Both the position numbers and the translations under genes were made by a program. Below are positions 17,912-26,169 of a stretch of 44,528 nt of DNA, piece after piece. The DNA is from an uncultured Coriobacteriaceae bacterium. Its GTDB lineage: Bacteria > Actinomycetota > Coriobacteriia > Coriobacteriales > CADBOM01. The notes below the pieces were generated by a model, which saw only the letters and a program-made list of their open reading frames with translations, was not told the origin of the DNA and did no database searches. Location: positions 1 to 44,528 of the forward strand of contig CADBOM010000141.1 in assembly GCA_902796325.1 (NCBI GenBank), given 5' to 3'. Each line of letters starts with the position of its first letter. Position 1 is the first letter of the stretch.

Positions 17912-17946
17912 AAACGGGCCCCCGAAATGGGAGTCCGTTTCTTGTT
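17912..17946 (+). terminator. Hairpin plus T-rich tract after tRNA-Gly
   Basis: AAACGGGCCCCCGAAATGGGAGTCCGTTTCTTGTT. The outer ACGG/CCGT and inner CCC/GGG pairs form an imperfect stem. Confidence 0.45.
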
Positions 17947-18021
17947 ATCTCTTGGCATAATGCTTTGACATTCATCGGCTAATGTAGCTCCATGCAAGCC
18001 TTCTGCAATAACCGTGAAGAG

Positions 18022-18693
18022 CTACAGATTCCTAATGTATTCCCTTACCTCATCCGCGATATCGAACTTGCTGAGCAAGATCACATCGTCACCTGGGTAA
18101 ACGCTCATCTCGGGCCGGGCAATCTCGAGCTCCCCGTTCTTCTCTACAGCTGCAACCAAGCTGCCCTTCGGCAACGCAACATCGCGCAGCTTGATGCCGC
18201 GCTCGGCTGTAAGATCCCCACCTCCAGGTATCCTCATCTCAATCATGCACACATCGTTGTTCCGGAGGTTCGACATCGCGGTAATCGTCCCGGCCATCGC
18301 TTCCCTCTCGATTAGCTCGGCAATGATGGTTGTGGACGACACGCACTCTATGCCCATGCGCCTGAAGATTCGCTCGTTCCTGGGGTTGTTAACCCTTCCG
18401 ATTATCCTCGGCACGCCGCAAATCGTTTTCGCAAGCTGGCAGGACACCAGATTATCGTCATCGCGCCCCGTAGTGGCCACGAATATATCGGCATCCTCGG
18501 TGCCGGCATCTACCTGCATGGCAGAGTCACACCCATCGCCCTCGATTACCAGAGCTGGATAAGGAAGGTCCTTTGCGAGCTTCACGGCTTTCTCGTGATT
18601 GATTTCGATCACGGCAACACTGTGCCCATTGCCGATGAGCGTAGCGGCAAGGTAGCTTCCGATTTTCCCACCACCGTTGATGACGATATGCAT
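18022..18693 (-). CDS. trkA: TrkA-family K+ transport regulatory protein (RCK: TrkA_N + TrkA_C)
   Basis: 223 aa. MHIVINGGGKIGSYLAATL (GxGxxG Rossmann motif) plus a C-terminal TrkA_C-like domain. Confidence 0.9.
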   Translation of the reverse strand: MHIVINGGGKIGSYLAATLIGNGHSVAVIEINHEKAVKLAKDLPYPALVIEGDGCDSAMQVDAGTEDADIFVATTGRDDDNLVSCQLAKTICGVPRIIGRVNNPRNERIFRRMGIECVSSTTIIAELIEREAMAGTITAMSNLRNNDVCMIEMRIPGGGDLTAERGIKLRDVALPKGSLVAAVEKNGELEIARPEMSVYPGDDVILLSKFDIADEVREYIRNL

Positions 18694-18708
18694 TGGCCCG
18701 GCTTCTTT

Positions 18709-19362
18709 CTAATACATGAACTTCTTGAAGCTATCAACAAGGTCGTTTCTCACGCACGCGAGAACGGAGTCGCCCTGATACAGGATGCTGTCCTTCGTGG
18801 GTATGGAGCTGGCACTTCCATCCCTGCGCTCGAATGCGATGATCCTGATGTCGTGGTCTCTCTCCAACTCGCCCACTCTCACGGTTTTCTTGCGGATGCT
18901 GGTGAGATTGAGGGAGAACTTGAGGATCTCGAACTCGCCGAAAGTATCGATATGGCTGCCATGGCCCGAGATAACCTTGGCGAAGATTTCCTCTGCAACC
19001 AGGGAAGTTCCGCACACATAGTCGATGCCCAGCTGTGCGTACGCGGTCTCCCTCTCGGAATTGTGGAGCCTTGCTATTGCGTGCTTGACGCCGAACAGCT
19101 TGCTGGCAACCTCTGCAACCATGAGGTTTGCGTTGTCGAAGTTCGTAACCGCTGCAACAACGTCGCATTCCTCGATGTTGGCTTCCGCCAAGACCTGCTC
19201 GTCGTATCCGATTCCAATGATTTCGCTGCCGTTGAAATCTCTGCCGAGGTTGGCGAAGGCATGCTGGTCCTTGTCGATGACGACAACGTTATGCCCGTTA
19301 TCGGAGAACAGCTTCGCGAGCCTAGAACCCACGCTTCCGCAGCCAACGACGATTATGTTCAT
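18709..19362 (-). CDS. trkA: TrkA-family K+ transport regulatory protein, second paralogue
   Basis: 217 aa, MNIIVVGCGSVGSRLAKLF.... It ends 15 nt upstream of the first paralogue. The arrangement resembles mycobacterial CeoB/CeoC. Confidence 0.9.
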   Translation of the reverse strand: MNIIVVGCGSVGSRLAKLFSDNGHNVVVIDKDQHAFANLGRDFNGSEIIGIGYDEQVLAEANIEECDVVAAVTNFDNANLMVAEVASKLFGVKHAIARLHNSERETAYAQLGIDYVCGTSLVAEEIFAKVISGHGSHIDTFGEFEILKFSLNLTSIRKKTVRVGELERDHDIRIIAFERRDGSASSIPTKDSILYQGDSVLACVRNDLVDSFKKFMY

Positions 19363-19726
19363 TCAAAGCTCCTTTTAAACCAGCAGATGCAGCCGCGTCA
19401 TACCCCGAGAAGGGCCGCGCGGCCAAGCAGCGCATGCAGCTGCGCTTGCGCTTGCATACAGACAAGCAGGCGCACACGGCTTCTGAAAACGATACCCGCT
19501 CGCTACCTGCACCAACCCATCAAACATATCGTAAGCCAAATTATAGCCGCCGCAAAAACAACAAATGGGGGAACCGCTATAGGCGGCACCCCCATCTATC
19601 TTGCAAGTCAAATTTTGAACCATGGAATCTACAGGCACTATAGCCGGACGGCGTCTTGCCTCGCCGGTTCAGCCCGGTTGGCTCGACGCAACCAACCCGC
19701 ACCCTTACCGTTCCACAGAAGCTGCC

Positions 19727-19909
19727 TTACTTCTTCTTTATGAAGAGGCTGAGCTTTCCACCGCAATCTGGGCAGGTTCCCTGGAGCATGGGACGACCGT
19801 TTTTGGCAACCTTCTCCACTGGGTCGACCATTTCCTTTTTCTCCTTGCACTTAACGCAATACGCCTGTGCCAACTTGAACACCTCCATCATACGGTTTTC
19901 GATAAACAT
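19727..19909 (-). CDS. DUF5679-like small zinc-ribbon protein
   Basis: CVKCKEKKEM...KNGRPMLQGTCPDCGGKL gives two CxxC pairs. The annotated ATG lacks an SD. GGAGGTG followed 8 nt later by a TTG (19874-19876) would give a 48-aa product, so the start is uncertain. Confidence 0.65.
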   Translation of the reverse strand: MFIENRMMEVFKLAQAYCVKCKEKKEMVDPVEKVAKNGRPMLQGTCPDCGGKLSLFIKKK

Positions 19910-20302
19910 CGTTTAGGCATGTGTCTATTTGATAAACGACTTTTAAAGCATACATTAACCAAACACTTGTGCAACACCTTTGCAGTCATTTGCGTTCCAA
20001 AATAAACTCAATGGCATTCAAAGGTGGGATAAATGACACATAGCGAACATTTTGACATCGATTTATATGTTTTTCACCACATATCATGACAAATCTTCAC
20101 ATTTTGAAACCATGTTGTGGAAATCCACGATGAAGGACGACGAGTTCTGCTAGCTAAGTATGCGAAACATGCCAACGCGTCTTGCAGTTCCAGCTCCGTG
20201 CGGTAAAACGAAGAGCGCACTCGGAGCGGAACGTGCCCGCATCCGAATGCGCTCAATTATTCTGATATGTCCATCAACTGCCCAAGCAGTCTCGAGCAAG
20301 AT

Positions 20303-23300
20303 CTAGCAAGATTTGATCAGCTCGATCATCAGCTTGTACACGGACTGCAGGTTCTCTGCCGAGACCTTCTCCTCATCGTCATCCGACCATTTCCAACCAG
20401 GAGTGGTGTCGCCATCGAGTGCTATGACCGAAATCGCCCTCTTGCGCTCGTTGATGGCAGCCGTTGCCTCGGTATCGCGCCATTTGAGGTCCACCGGCTG
20501 TGCATCTACGCCAGAAGCCTTCGCTGCTCTGCCCATCAGCTTCTGCAGTCTGGAGTCAGTTCGCTTCTGGGAGATAAGAACCGGTTCCGACGTGGTGTAG
20601 AAGATGTCGCCCTCGCCCACCGACTCTATGTTGATCAGCCTCGAATGCTTGATTTCCTTGCCACGTGTTCTGAGCAGGTTCTTCATTCCATAGCTACCGG
20701 CATCGCTTGCGCCGAGAGCCACGAACCAGACTTCCTTGTTTAGAAGGTCATCGGAAAGCGCTGCAACGGCGTCGCGGTTCTCCTCCTGCGTACGGCCACC
20801 ATAAGCGCCGCCGCGCCAGTCGGAATCGTCGTCGTCGAAGTTGTCCCAAGATCCAATCTGCGCACCCTCGGAAGTGGCGTTGTAGTCCTCGTCGAGGCCC
20901 AGCCATTCGCTCGCAGATGCCTCGCGGCTCTCCTCGGCGCGGCGCTCTTTCCTCGACTTCTTGTCCTTCTTGTTGCGCCTCTTGAACAGCCCGCGCTTCT
21001 TCTTGGGAGCCTCTGCATCGATATCGATGTCGTTACCAACGAAGGATCCCTCGTCGCTGTACTGCGAGTCATAGTAGTCGTCGTAGGCATCGTCAACATA
21101 GATGTCTCCACCCTGGCTGTAGCGCTCGAGCAACTCCGGGGTAACCGGCTTCATGACACCCGTTGCACCAAGAGGCGCGAAAGATCCCGTGAGGTTGGAC
21201 TCTTCCCTAACATCGTCCCTCGTTATGAACGGATCGGCGTCGGGCTCCACGTCCAGGCCCTTCTGCATCATTCCGTCGCTGATCGAGGCGTTGGTGTCAA
21301 GGCTTCCAACCATCGGCAGGTTGAGAAGGGACTCTCTGGCCTCGTCCTTGTTCTCCGCGATGTCGGACAGAGCCTGCCTAACGCTGCGCGCGGTTTCGAA
21401 ATACCTGTCGTCAGCGGAGGATTCGGTCGAATTCCACGGCGCGCTGCTTGCCTCTTCAGGTGCTGGCGTCTCGATGTGTGCATCCTGGAAAATCTGCCCC
21501 AAAGCCTGAGCCTTTGCTGCATCGGCGTCTTCGACAGACGAGGTTGCAGCACCTGCGTTGGCAGAGCTCTCGGTGCTGCTGGCAACTTCCGGTTCTGGGT
21601 TGCGCAGCCAGCTTGGAACATCATCCGCTGAAGTTGCCGGGCTCTCGGAGTTGAGGATCTGGGAGTACGAATCCCTGGAGTAGCTCATGGGAGCAGGCTC
21701 CTCAGACACATTGCCCTTCTGCACATGGTGTCCTTCGGCATACCTGCTACGCGAATACTGATATGCTCCCGAAGGCCAATCCGGCTCGGAATCTGGCTCG
21801 ACGAGCGGGGCCTCGTATGTTTGACGCTGCAGCACCGGCTGCATTTGAGGCGCGGCCACCATGGTCTCACCAGCACCACTTGCAGGACGGCTGTCCTGGG
21901 CGGTGGGCACAGCGGCGGCAGCCTTGTTGGCACCAGGCTTCACGAATGGCTCCGGAGTGTACGCGATGGTGGAGTTTGGACCTGCAGGTGCAGCCTTTGG
22001 CTCTGCCACGGGAGCTGCCGGAGCGGGCTCCGTGCCAGGCTCGGCCATCTGAGCGGTTTGGACAGCCACAGGCTCCTGCAACGTGGACTCATCAACTGCA
22101 ACTGGCGCTTGGGCGTCTTCTGCCTGAACCTTTTGTGCAACCGCAGTTTGTGCTTCCACAGCCTGCGCATCGCTGGCCACAGATTCGCCAGGCTGAGCAT
22201 CGCTTTCGTCGGTTTGGTCTCCGAACAGCGTTGCCAGAGCCTCGTCGGCAGCCTCTTCTTCCGAAATATCAGCATCGGCGTTAGCCCTCTTGGGAGCCTC
22301 ATCTACCGGAGCCGCAATCGCATCTACTGGCTCTTCAGCCTCAGGCGCAACATCAGCTACGTCTAGTGCAGTTGCTTCTGGTGCGGCTGCTTCGGGTGTG
22401 GTTACTTCGGGTGCAACTGCTTCGGGTGCGGCGGGTTTGGGCTCTTCATCCAGAGGCAGCTGATCCTGGGCTACCTGCACGGGAGTTTCGGAGACAACCG
22501 CCTCCTGTGCTGCAGGTTCTTCAACAGCCGCGGGCTCGGCATTCGCGCCCTCGGCCATAGCGGCTGCAGCCCTAGCTGCAGACTCCGCTGCCTGCTGCTC
22601 CTCTTCGTATTCGATTACGACCGAATCGTGGTATGCAGGCGAATCTGCAAAGCGCGACCTGAGCACCCTTTCCTTCTGCTGGGGGTTCTCGCTTTCCTCG
22701 CGCTCCTTGTCGGCTTCGACCTTCTTCCACCAAGACGGAGCGTTCACTGGCTTCCTGCGGGCACGCTCGGCAGCGCGCTCGGCCTCGGCTCGCTTGGCAA
22801 ACGCTACGGCTATGGACTCGGAAGCGCTGACCCTGTTCTCCGGTGCTGCGGGCTGTGGAGACGGCTCCACGTGAACCTTCACTGGCTTTGACCCAACCGC
22901 ATTGATTGGAGACACATATCGCTGCTCCTGCGCCGCCTGAGCAGAAGCCTCGCTGGGCTCCGCAGAGGGTGCGGATGGAGAAACGGCCGGGGCATTCGGA
23001 GTAGCTGGGGCGGGCTGAGCCATCTGCTGAGCAACCTGGGCATTTGGCACGGCTTGATCATGCTGCACCTGAGCTTGCTGGCCCTCATCAGATGCCTGCG
23101 GAGCATAATCTGCATCGTCGATCTGAACGTCGGTGACAGGGATAGCCTCCGCGTAAAGCTCTTCGTTTTCCGGGGTATCCGGAACAACTGCGTCGAAGCT
23201 CTCGGTGGCACCCTGATTCGGGACATCTGACATCGTCGCATCTGGATTATCCGATCCGGCAAAATCAGCCTGCGCAGCCTGAACCGTCTGCGCTGCCTGA

Positions 23301-24508
23301 GCTTCTTGCTCAGCTTGCGCTGCACGGGCTGCCTGTGCAGCAGCACGCGCTGCCAATGCCGCCTGCTCGGCTCTCTCCCGCTCCTCGGCACGTCCGCTCT
23401 CGCGCTCCATATTCGCTGCTAGCGCGGCTATATCTGCAAAGGAATTGCCGGTGCGCGGCCTTCTTGCGCCTGCCTGTTGTGCCTGTGGCTCGCGATTATC
23501 CGCATCGGTTTCTTCAACGTAAGGCTGAGCCTGCCCCTGTTGCGACAGCTCAGCTTGCTCTACCTGCTCCGGCTGCTCTTGGTACTGGTCAACCCTGGCA
23601 TTCGCAACCGACGCTGCAACGTTGTCAGCCTCGGGAGCAAATCCTTCGTCGAAGTTCTCGTCATACTGCTGGGGCTGAGGCTGGGGCTCGCCCTGCACCT
23701 GGTCTTGCGGAGCAGCTACACGAGCATCAACGTCGCCATAAGCAGCGGATTCGTACTCGTCGGATCCGTAAACAGGTGCCGAAACCCTAACCTCGGCAGT
23801 GGCAAGCTTCTCGGCCAAAGCGCTCATGACGGCAAGACCAGAAGCGTTGTTGTTAGCACCCTTGGGGGCCTTGAGGAAATAACCGACCAGCTGGTCTGCG
23901 ATATCAATGATCTGGACGATTCCGCCGATCAGTGCAATGACGGAGAAAATCTTCGATCCAACACCCGGAAGAATCATTGCCAGAAGACAGCAAACCGGAA
24001 CCGCTATGGCTCCGTAGATTCTAACGAGCCTGACGATGGGATACTGTTTCCTAATTGCGGGGATTTGATAGATCGAGGGTTTCTTAACGTCGTAATGCGC
24101 CGTTATGACGATCTTTCCGCGCCTGGGCGATGATGACAAGCCCTGCGGTATGTACCGCGCCACAACATTCTGGCTCTCCGCTTTGAAGAAGAACTTTGCC
24201 AGTGGATCGTCCTTGGCATAGGAGAGGTAGAGCAGCACAATTCCGATCACGGACAGAATGATTCCAAGCACGCCCATGCTCGGCGCAGCAAAGCACACGA
24301 GAGCCGCGATGAGTATCAGCGCGTGGTATATGCTCCTGGTTATCCTCAGACCACCCGGGCAGGTAAACCCATCGATATCTGTCTTAAGACCCAGCTTGTA
24401 AAAATCGTCGGCCAAGGTCTCGGATGCCAGCTCTTCTCCTCGACTTCCGGCATCCCTTGCAGGGAGCTCCGTCGATAGGGCATGAACCCGAGATTCGAAG
24501 TCAATCAT
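20303..24508 (-). CDS. Very large membrane protein: split M28-peptidase-like domain with four predicted TM helices and a ~1000-aa low-complexity Ala/Glu/Gln/Pro-rich central region
   Basis: Single 1401-aa ORF with AGGGGGAAG upstream of the ATG. N-terminal: IVITAHYDV (about aa 133-141), GANNNASG (aa 217-224) and hydrophobic stretches at aa ~61-96 and ~163-205. C-terminal 144 aa: VWFVALGASDAGSYG and INIESVGEG. Confidence 0.85.
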   Translation of the reverse strand: MIDFESRVHALSTELPARDAGSRGEELASETLADDFYKLGLKTDIDGFTCPGGLRITRSIYHALILIAALVCFAAPSMGVLGIILSVIGIVLLYLSYAKDDPLAKFFFKAESQNVVARYIPQGLSSSPRRGKIVITAHYDVKKPSIYQIPAIRKQYPIVRLVRIYGAIAVPVCCLLAMILPGVGSKIFSVIALIGGIVQIIDIADQLVGYFLKAPKGANNNASGLAVMSALAEKLATAEVRVSAPVYGSDEYESAAYGDVDARVAAPQDQVQGEPQPQPQQYDENFDEGFAPEADNVAASVANARVDQYQEQPEQVEQAELSQQGQAQPYVEETDADNREPQAQQAGARRPRTGNSFADIAALAANMERESGRAEERERAEQAALAARAAAQAARAAQAEQEAQAAQTVQAAQADFAGSDNPDATMSDVPNQGATESFDAVVPDTPENEELYAEAIPVTDVQIDDADYAPQASDEGQQAQVQHDQAVPNAQVAQQMAQPAPATPNAPAVSPSAPSAEPSEASAQAAQEQRYVSPINAVGSKPVKVHVEPSPQPAAPENRVSASESIAVAFAKRAEAERAAERARRKPVNAPSWWKKVEADKEREESENPQQKERVLRSRFADSPAYHDSVVIEYEEEQQAAESAARAAAAMAEGANAEPAAVEEPAAQEAVVSETPVQVAQDQLPLDEEPKPAAPEAVAPEVTTPEAAAPEATALDVADVAPEAEEPVDAIAAPVDEAPKRANADADISEEEAADEALATLFGDQTDESDAQPGESVASDAQAVEAQTAVAQKVQAEDAQAPVAVDESTLQEPVAVQTAQMAEPGTEPAPAAPVAEPKAAPAGPNSTIAYTPEPFVKPGANKAAAAVPTAQDSRPASGAGETMVAAPQMQPVLQRQTYEAPLVEPDSEPDWPSGAYQYSRSRYAEGHHVQKGNVSEEPAPMSYSRDSYSQILNSESPATSADDVPSWLRNPEPEVASSTESSANAGAATSSVEDADAAKAQALGQIFQDAHIETPAPEEASSAPWNSTESSADDRYFETARSVRQALSDIAENKDEARESLLNLPMVGSLDTNASISDGMMQKGLDVEPDADPFITRDDVREESNLTGSFAPLGATGVMKPVTPELLERYSQGGDIYVDDAYDDYYDSQYSDEGSFVGNDIDIDAEAPKKKRGLFKRRNKKDKKSRKERRAEESREASASEWLGLDEDYNATSEGAQIGSWDNFDDDDSDWRGGAYGGRTQEENRDAVAALSDDLLNKEVWFVALGASDAGSYGMKNLLRTRGKEIKHSRLINIESVGEGDIFYTTSEPVLISQKRTDSRLQKLMGRAAKASGVDAQPVDLKWRDTEATAAINERKRAISVIALDGDTTPGWKWSDDDEEKVSAENLQSVYKLMIELIKSC

Positions 24509-24715
24509 GCTTCCCCCTATTTAGGTAAAAAATCAGGGTATAGTTCTTATAAATAATAACCTTATCAAACTCCATATTGTCGCACAGCAACCGCAATTTG
24601 AGGAATGTTATGCACAACCGGGGCGAACTTCGCGCAAAAACAACGGTTAACTTGCAAATATATGCGGTCAAGCGCGGGCTACAAGTTGGGGATTCGCCGC
24701 AGATGTGCAATGGCC

Positions 24716-24897
24716 GATTTGGAATTGCCCCGAATATCCTCGGGTCCAGACTTAGAGTTCGTTCGAATATTCGCAGGATCAGGTTTGGAGTTCGTTCGAA
24801 TATCCGCAGGATCAGGATTGGAGCTCGTTCGAATATTTGCAGAATTGAATTTGGAATTTCCCTTGATTCGCATGTGCCCAAAATTGGAATTGGGTAA
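24716..24897. repeat. Degenerate 33-bp tandem array, about 5.5 units
   Basis: Units at 24716, 24749, 24782, 24815, 24848 and a partial one at 24881. The central units are gacttagagttcgttcgaatattcgcaggatca / ggtttggagttcgttcgaatatccgcaggatca / ggattggagctcgttcgaatatttgcagaattg. Unit 2 contains the perfect palindrome CGAATATTCG (24764-24773). Confidence 0.9.
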
Positions 24898-24963
24898 GAT
24901 GCCCGTAACAACTCGATGCTAACATTGTCATGTGAATCGAAGCCTAGAGGCGAAAGGCCGGCC

Positions 24964-26169
24964 ATGTCTTCCAATGACAGTTACAAGATCTCCAAAACCA
25001 CAAGGTTGGTGAACCTGATTCTGTATTTGGAAGACAAGGAATATGGAGCCACGTCTAAAGACATCAGGTCCAACGTCGAAGGATACAACCAAGAGGGCAG
25101 GGCGAGCGAGAGCGGGAAGCCCGGCTCCAAGAGCAGCGATGCTTTCGAGAGGCAATTTAGAAGGGATCGCAAGGATCTTGAGGCACTGGGATTTCCAATC
25201 GAGAAACTTGGAGCTTCGGGAGATACAGCCCCCAGATACAAGCTGCTCGTAGACGAGGCGCGGCAAGAAGACCCCAATCTCGACTATGCGGATATACAGC
25301 TTCTCATCCTATGCGCGAGAAACGCACTGGACGACCCCAGGTTCTTCATGCGCAAAGAACTGCTGCAGGCCATGTCTAAGCTCGAGAGCATCACAAAGGA
25401 TTCCAATCTACAGGATGCGGTCGACGGTAACGTGCAGACCTCTCCTCAAGATAGTATCTCTAATGACGATAGCTCCCGCCAGGATGCCTCTTCTCGCAGG
25501 AACATCGGCAAATCAGCGCAGCCATACGGGCAAGACGCAGCCAAATCCATATTCGAAAGCGTGGAGACGGCAAAGTCCAGGCGCATGAAGCTGGAGTTCG
25601 AGTATCAAAACGCAACGGGAAGCAAAGAGCTAAGGCATGTTTTACCAATAAGCATCTATTCGTACCTCGGAGATCTGTATATATATGCATACGATGAAGC
25701 GAGAGATGACACCAGACGATTCAAGTTCGATAGGATCTTGGGCGCCCCCACTCTCGCGAAAGCTAGCAAGTCGCTATTGGAAAAAGCCTCCGAGCATTCG
25801 AATGACGATATCGCGCTTTTGCCGTTCCAGATTGGAGATAGCAGGAGCACCGCCAAGCTGTTCATATCCGATGGACTCGAGTACAAAGTCCACAGCCTGA
25901 CGATGTCAAAGGGGTCTTTGGAGCATACAGATGGCGGCTATTTGTGGACCATAGACTCGGCAAACAACTTCGGGCTGGCCCAATGGTCCATCGAGAACGG
26001 ACCCGGAATACTGATTCTCGAGCCAGAAAGCGCAGCCGACCTCGTAGACAAAGGATTGCAGAGTATTTTGAGCGGCGAGCCGGCAATCAATATCAACATG
26101 GATCCCAGTGAAGATCCAAACAGAGATGCGGCTACATTCGGAGCGGGAGGAGACGAGAACGATGGCTAG
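24964..26169 (+). CDS. HTH-WYL domain transcriptional regulator (PafB-like)
   Basis: ORF 24916..26169 trimmed to the ATG at 24964 (MSSNDSYKISKTTRLVNLILYLEDKEYGATSKDI..., an N-terminal wHTH). The WYL region is KLEFEYQNATGSKELRHVLPISIYSYLGDLYIYAYDEARDDTRRFKFDRI. Confidence 0.8.
   Translation: MSSNDSYKISKTTRLVNLILYLEDKEYGATSKDIRSNVEGYNQEGRASESGKPGSKSSDAFERQFRRDRKDLEALGFPIEKLGASGDTAPRYKLLVDEARQEDPNLDYADIQLLILCARNALDDPRFFMRKELLQAMSKLESITKDSNLQDAVDGNVQTSPQDSISNDDSSRQDASSRRNIGKSAQPYGQDAAKSIFESVETAKSRRMKLEFEYQNATGSKELRHVLPISIYSYLGDLYIYAYDEARDDTRRFKFDRILGAPTLAKASKSLLEKASEHSNDDIALLPFQIGDSRSTAKLFISDGLEYKVHSLTMSKGSLEHTDGGYLWTIDSANNFGLAQWSIENGPGILILEPESAADLVDKGLQSILSGEPAININMDPSEDPNRDAATFGAGGDENDG

Noticed and set aside
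19363-19726. c-di-AMP (ydaO/kimA-type) riboswitch upstream of the trkA pair
   Set aside because: It would be expected on functional grounds, but I could not find the conserved ACGGGG/CCGA-type cores or the pseudo-twofold architecture in the minus-strand leader. Only generic hairpins are present.
18595-19743. 382-aa plus-strand ORF
   Set aside because: It is antisense to the second trkA paralogue and continues through non-coding DNA. No motifs.
20043-20099. 18-codon His-rich ORF with AGGTGGG 5 nt upstream of the ATG, as a possible leader peptide or microprotein
   Set aside because: It has no downstream gene on that strand to regulate and no way to assess conservation here. It could easily be chance in AT-rich DNA. 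It is mentioned under the 19727-20302 finding but not called as a feature.
20707-23790. Many 60-213-aa ORFs on both strands inside the giant gene
   Set aside because: They are low-complexity, Arg/Pro/Ala-rich frames generated by the repetitive GC-rich central region of the 1401-aa ORF. The single long frame is the parsimonious reading.
24716-24897. Possible CRISPR array, because of the regularly spaced direct repeats
   Set aside because: The 33-bp units are contiguous with no unique spacers and decay in identity toward the ends. No cas genes are present. This is a tandem minisatellite or operator-like array, not CRISPR.
24501-24974. ORFs running through the 33-bp array on both strands (157 aa minus strand; 105-106 aa plus strand encoding 11-aa repeats such as GSGLEFVRIFA)
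   Set aside because: Open frames are a by-product of a stop-free repeat whose period is divisible by 3. No SD or sensible start is present. The minus-strand ORF overlaps both flanking genes' start regions.
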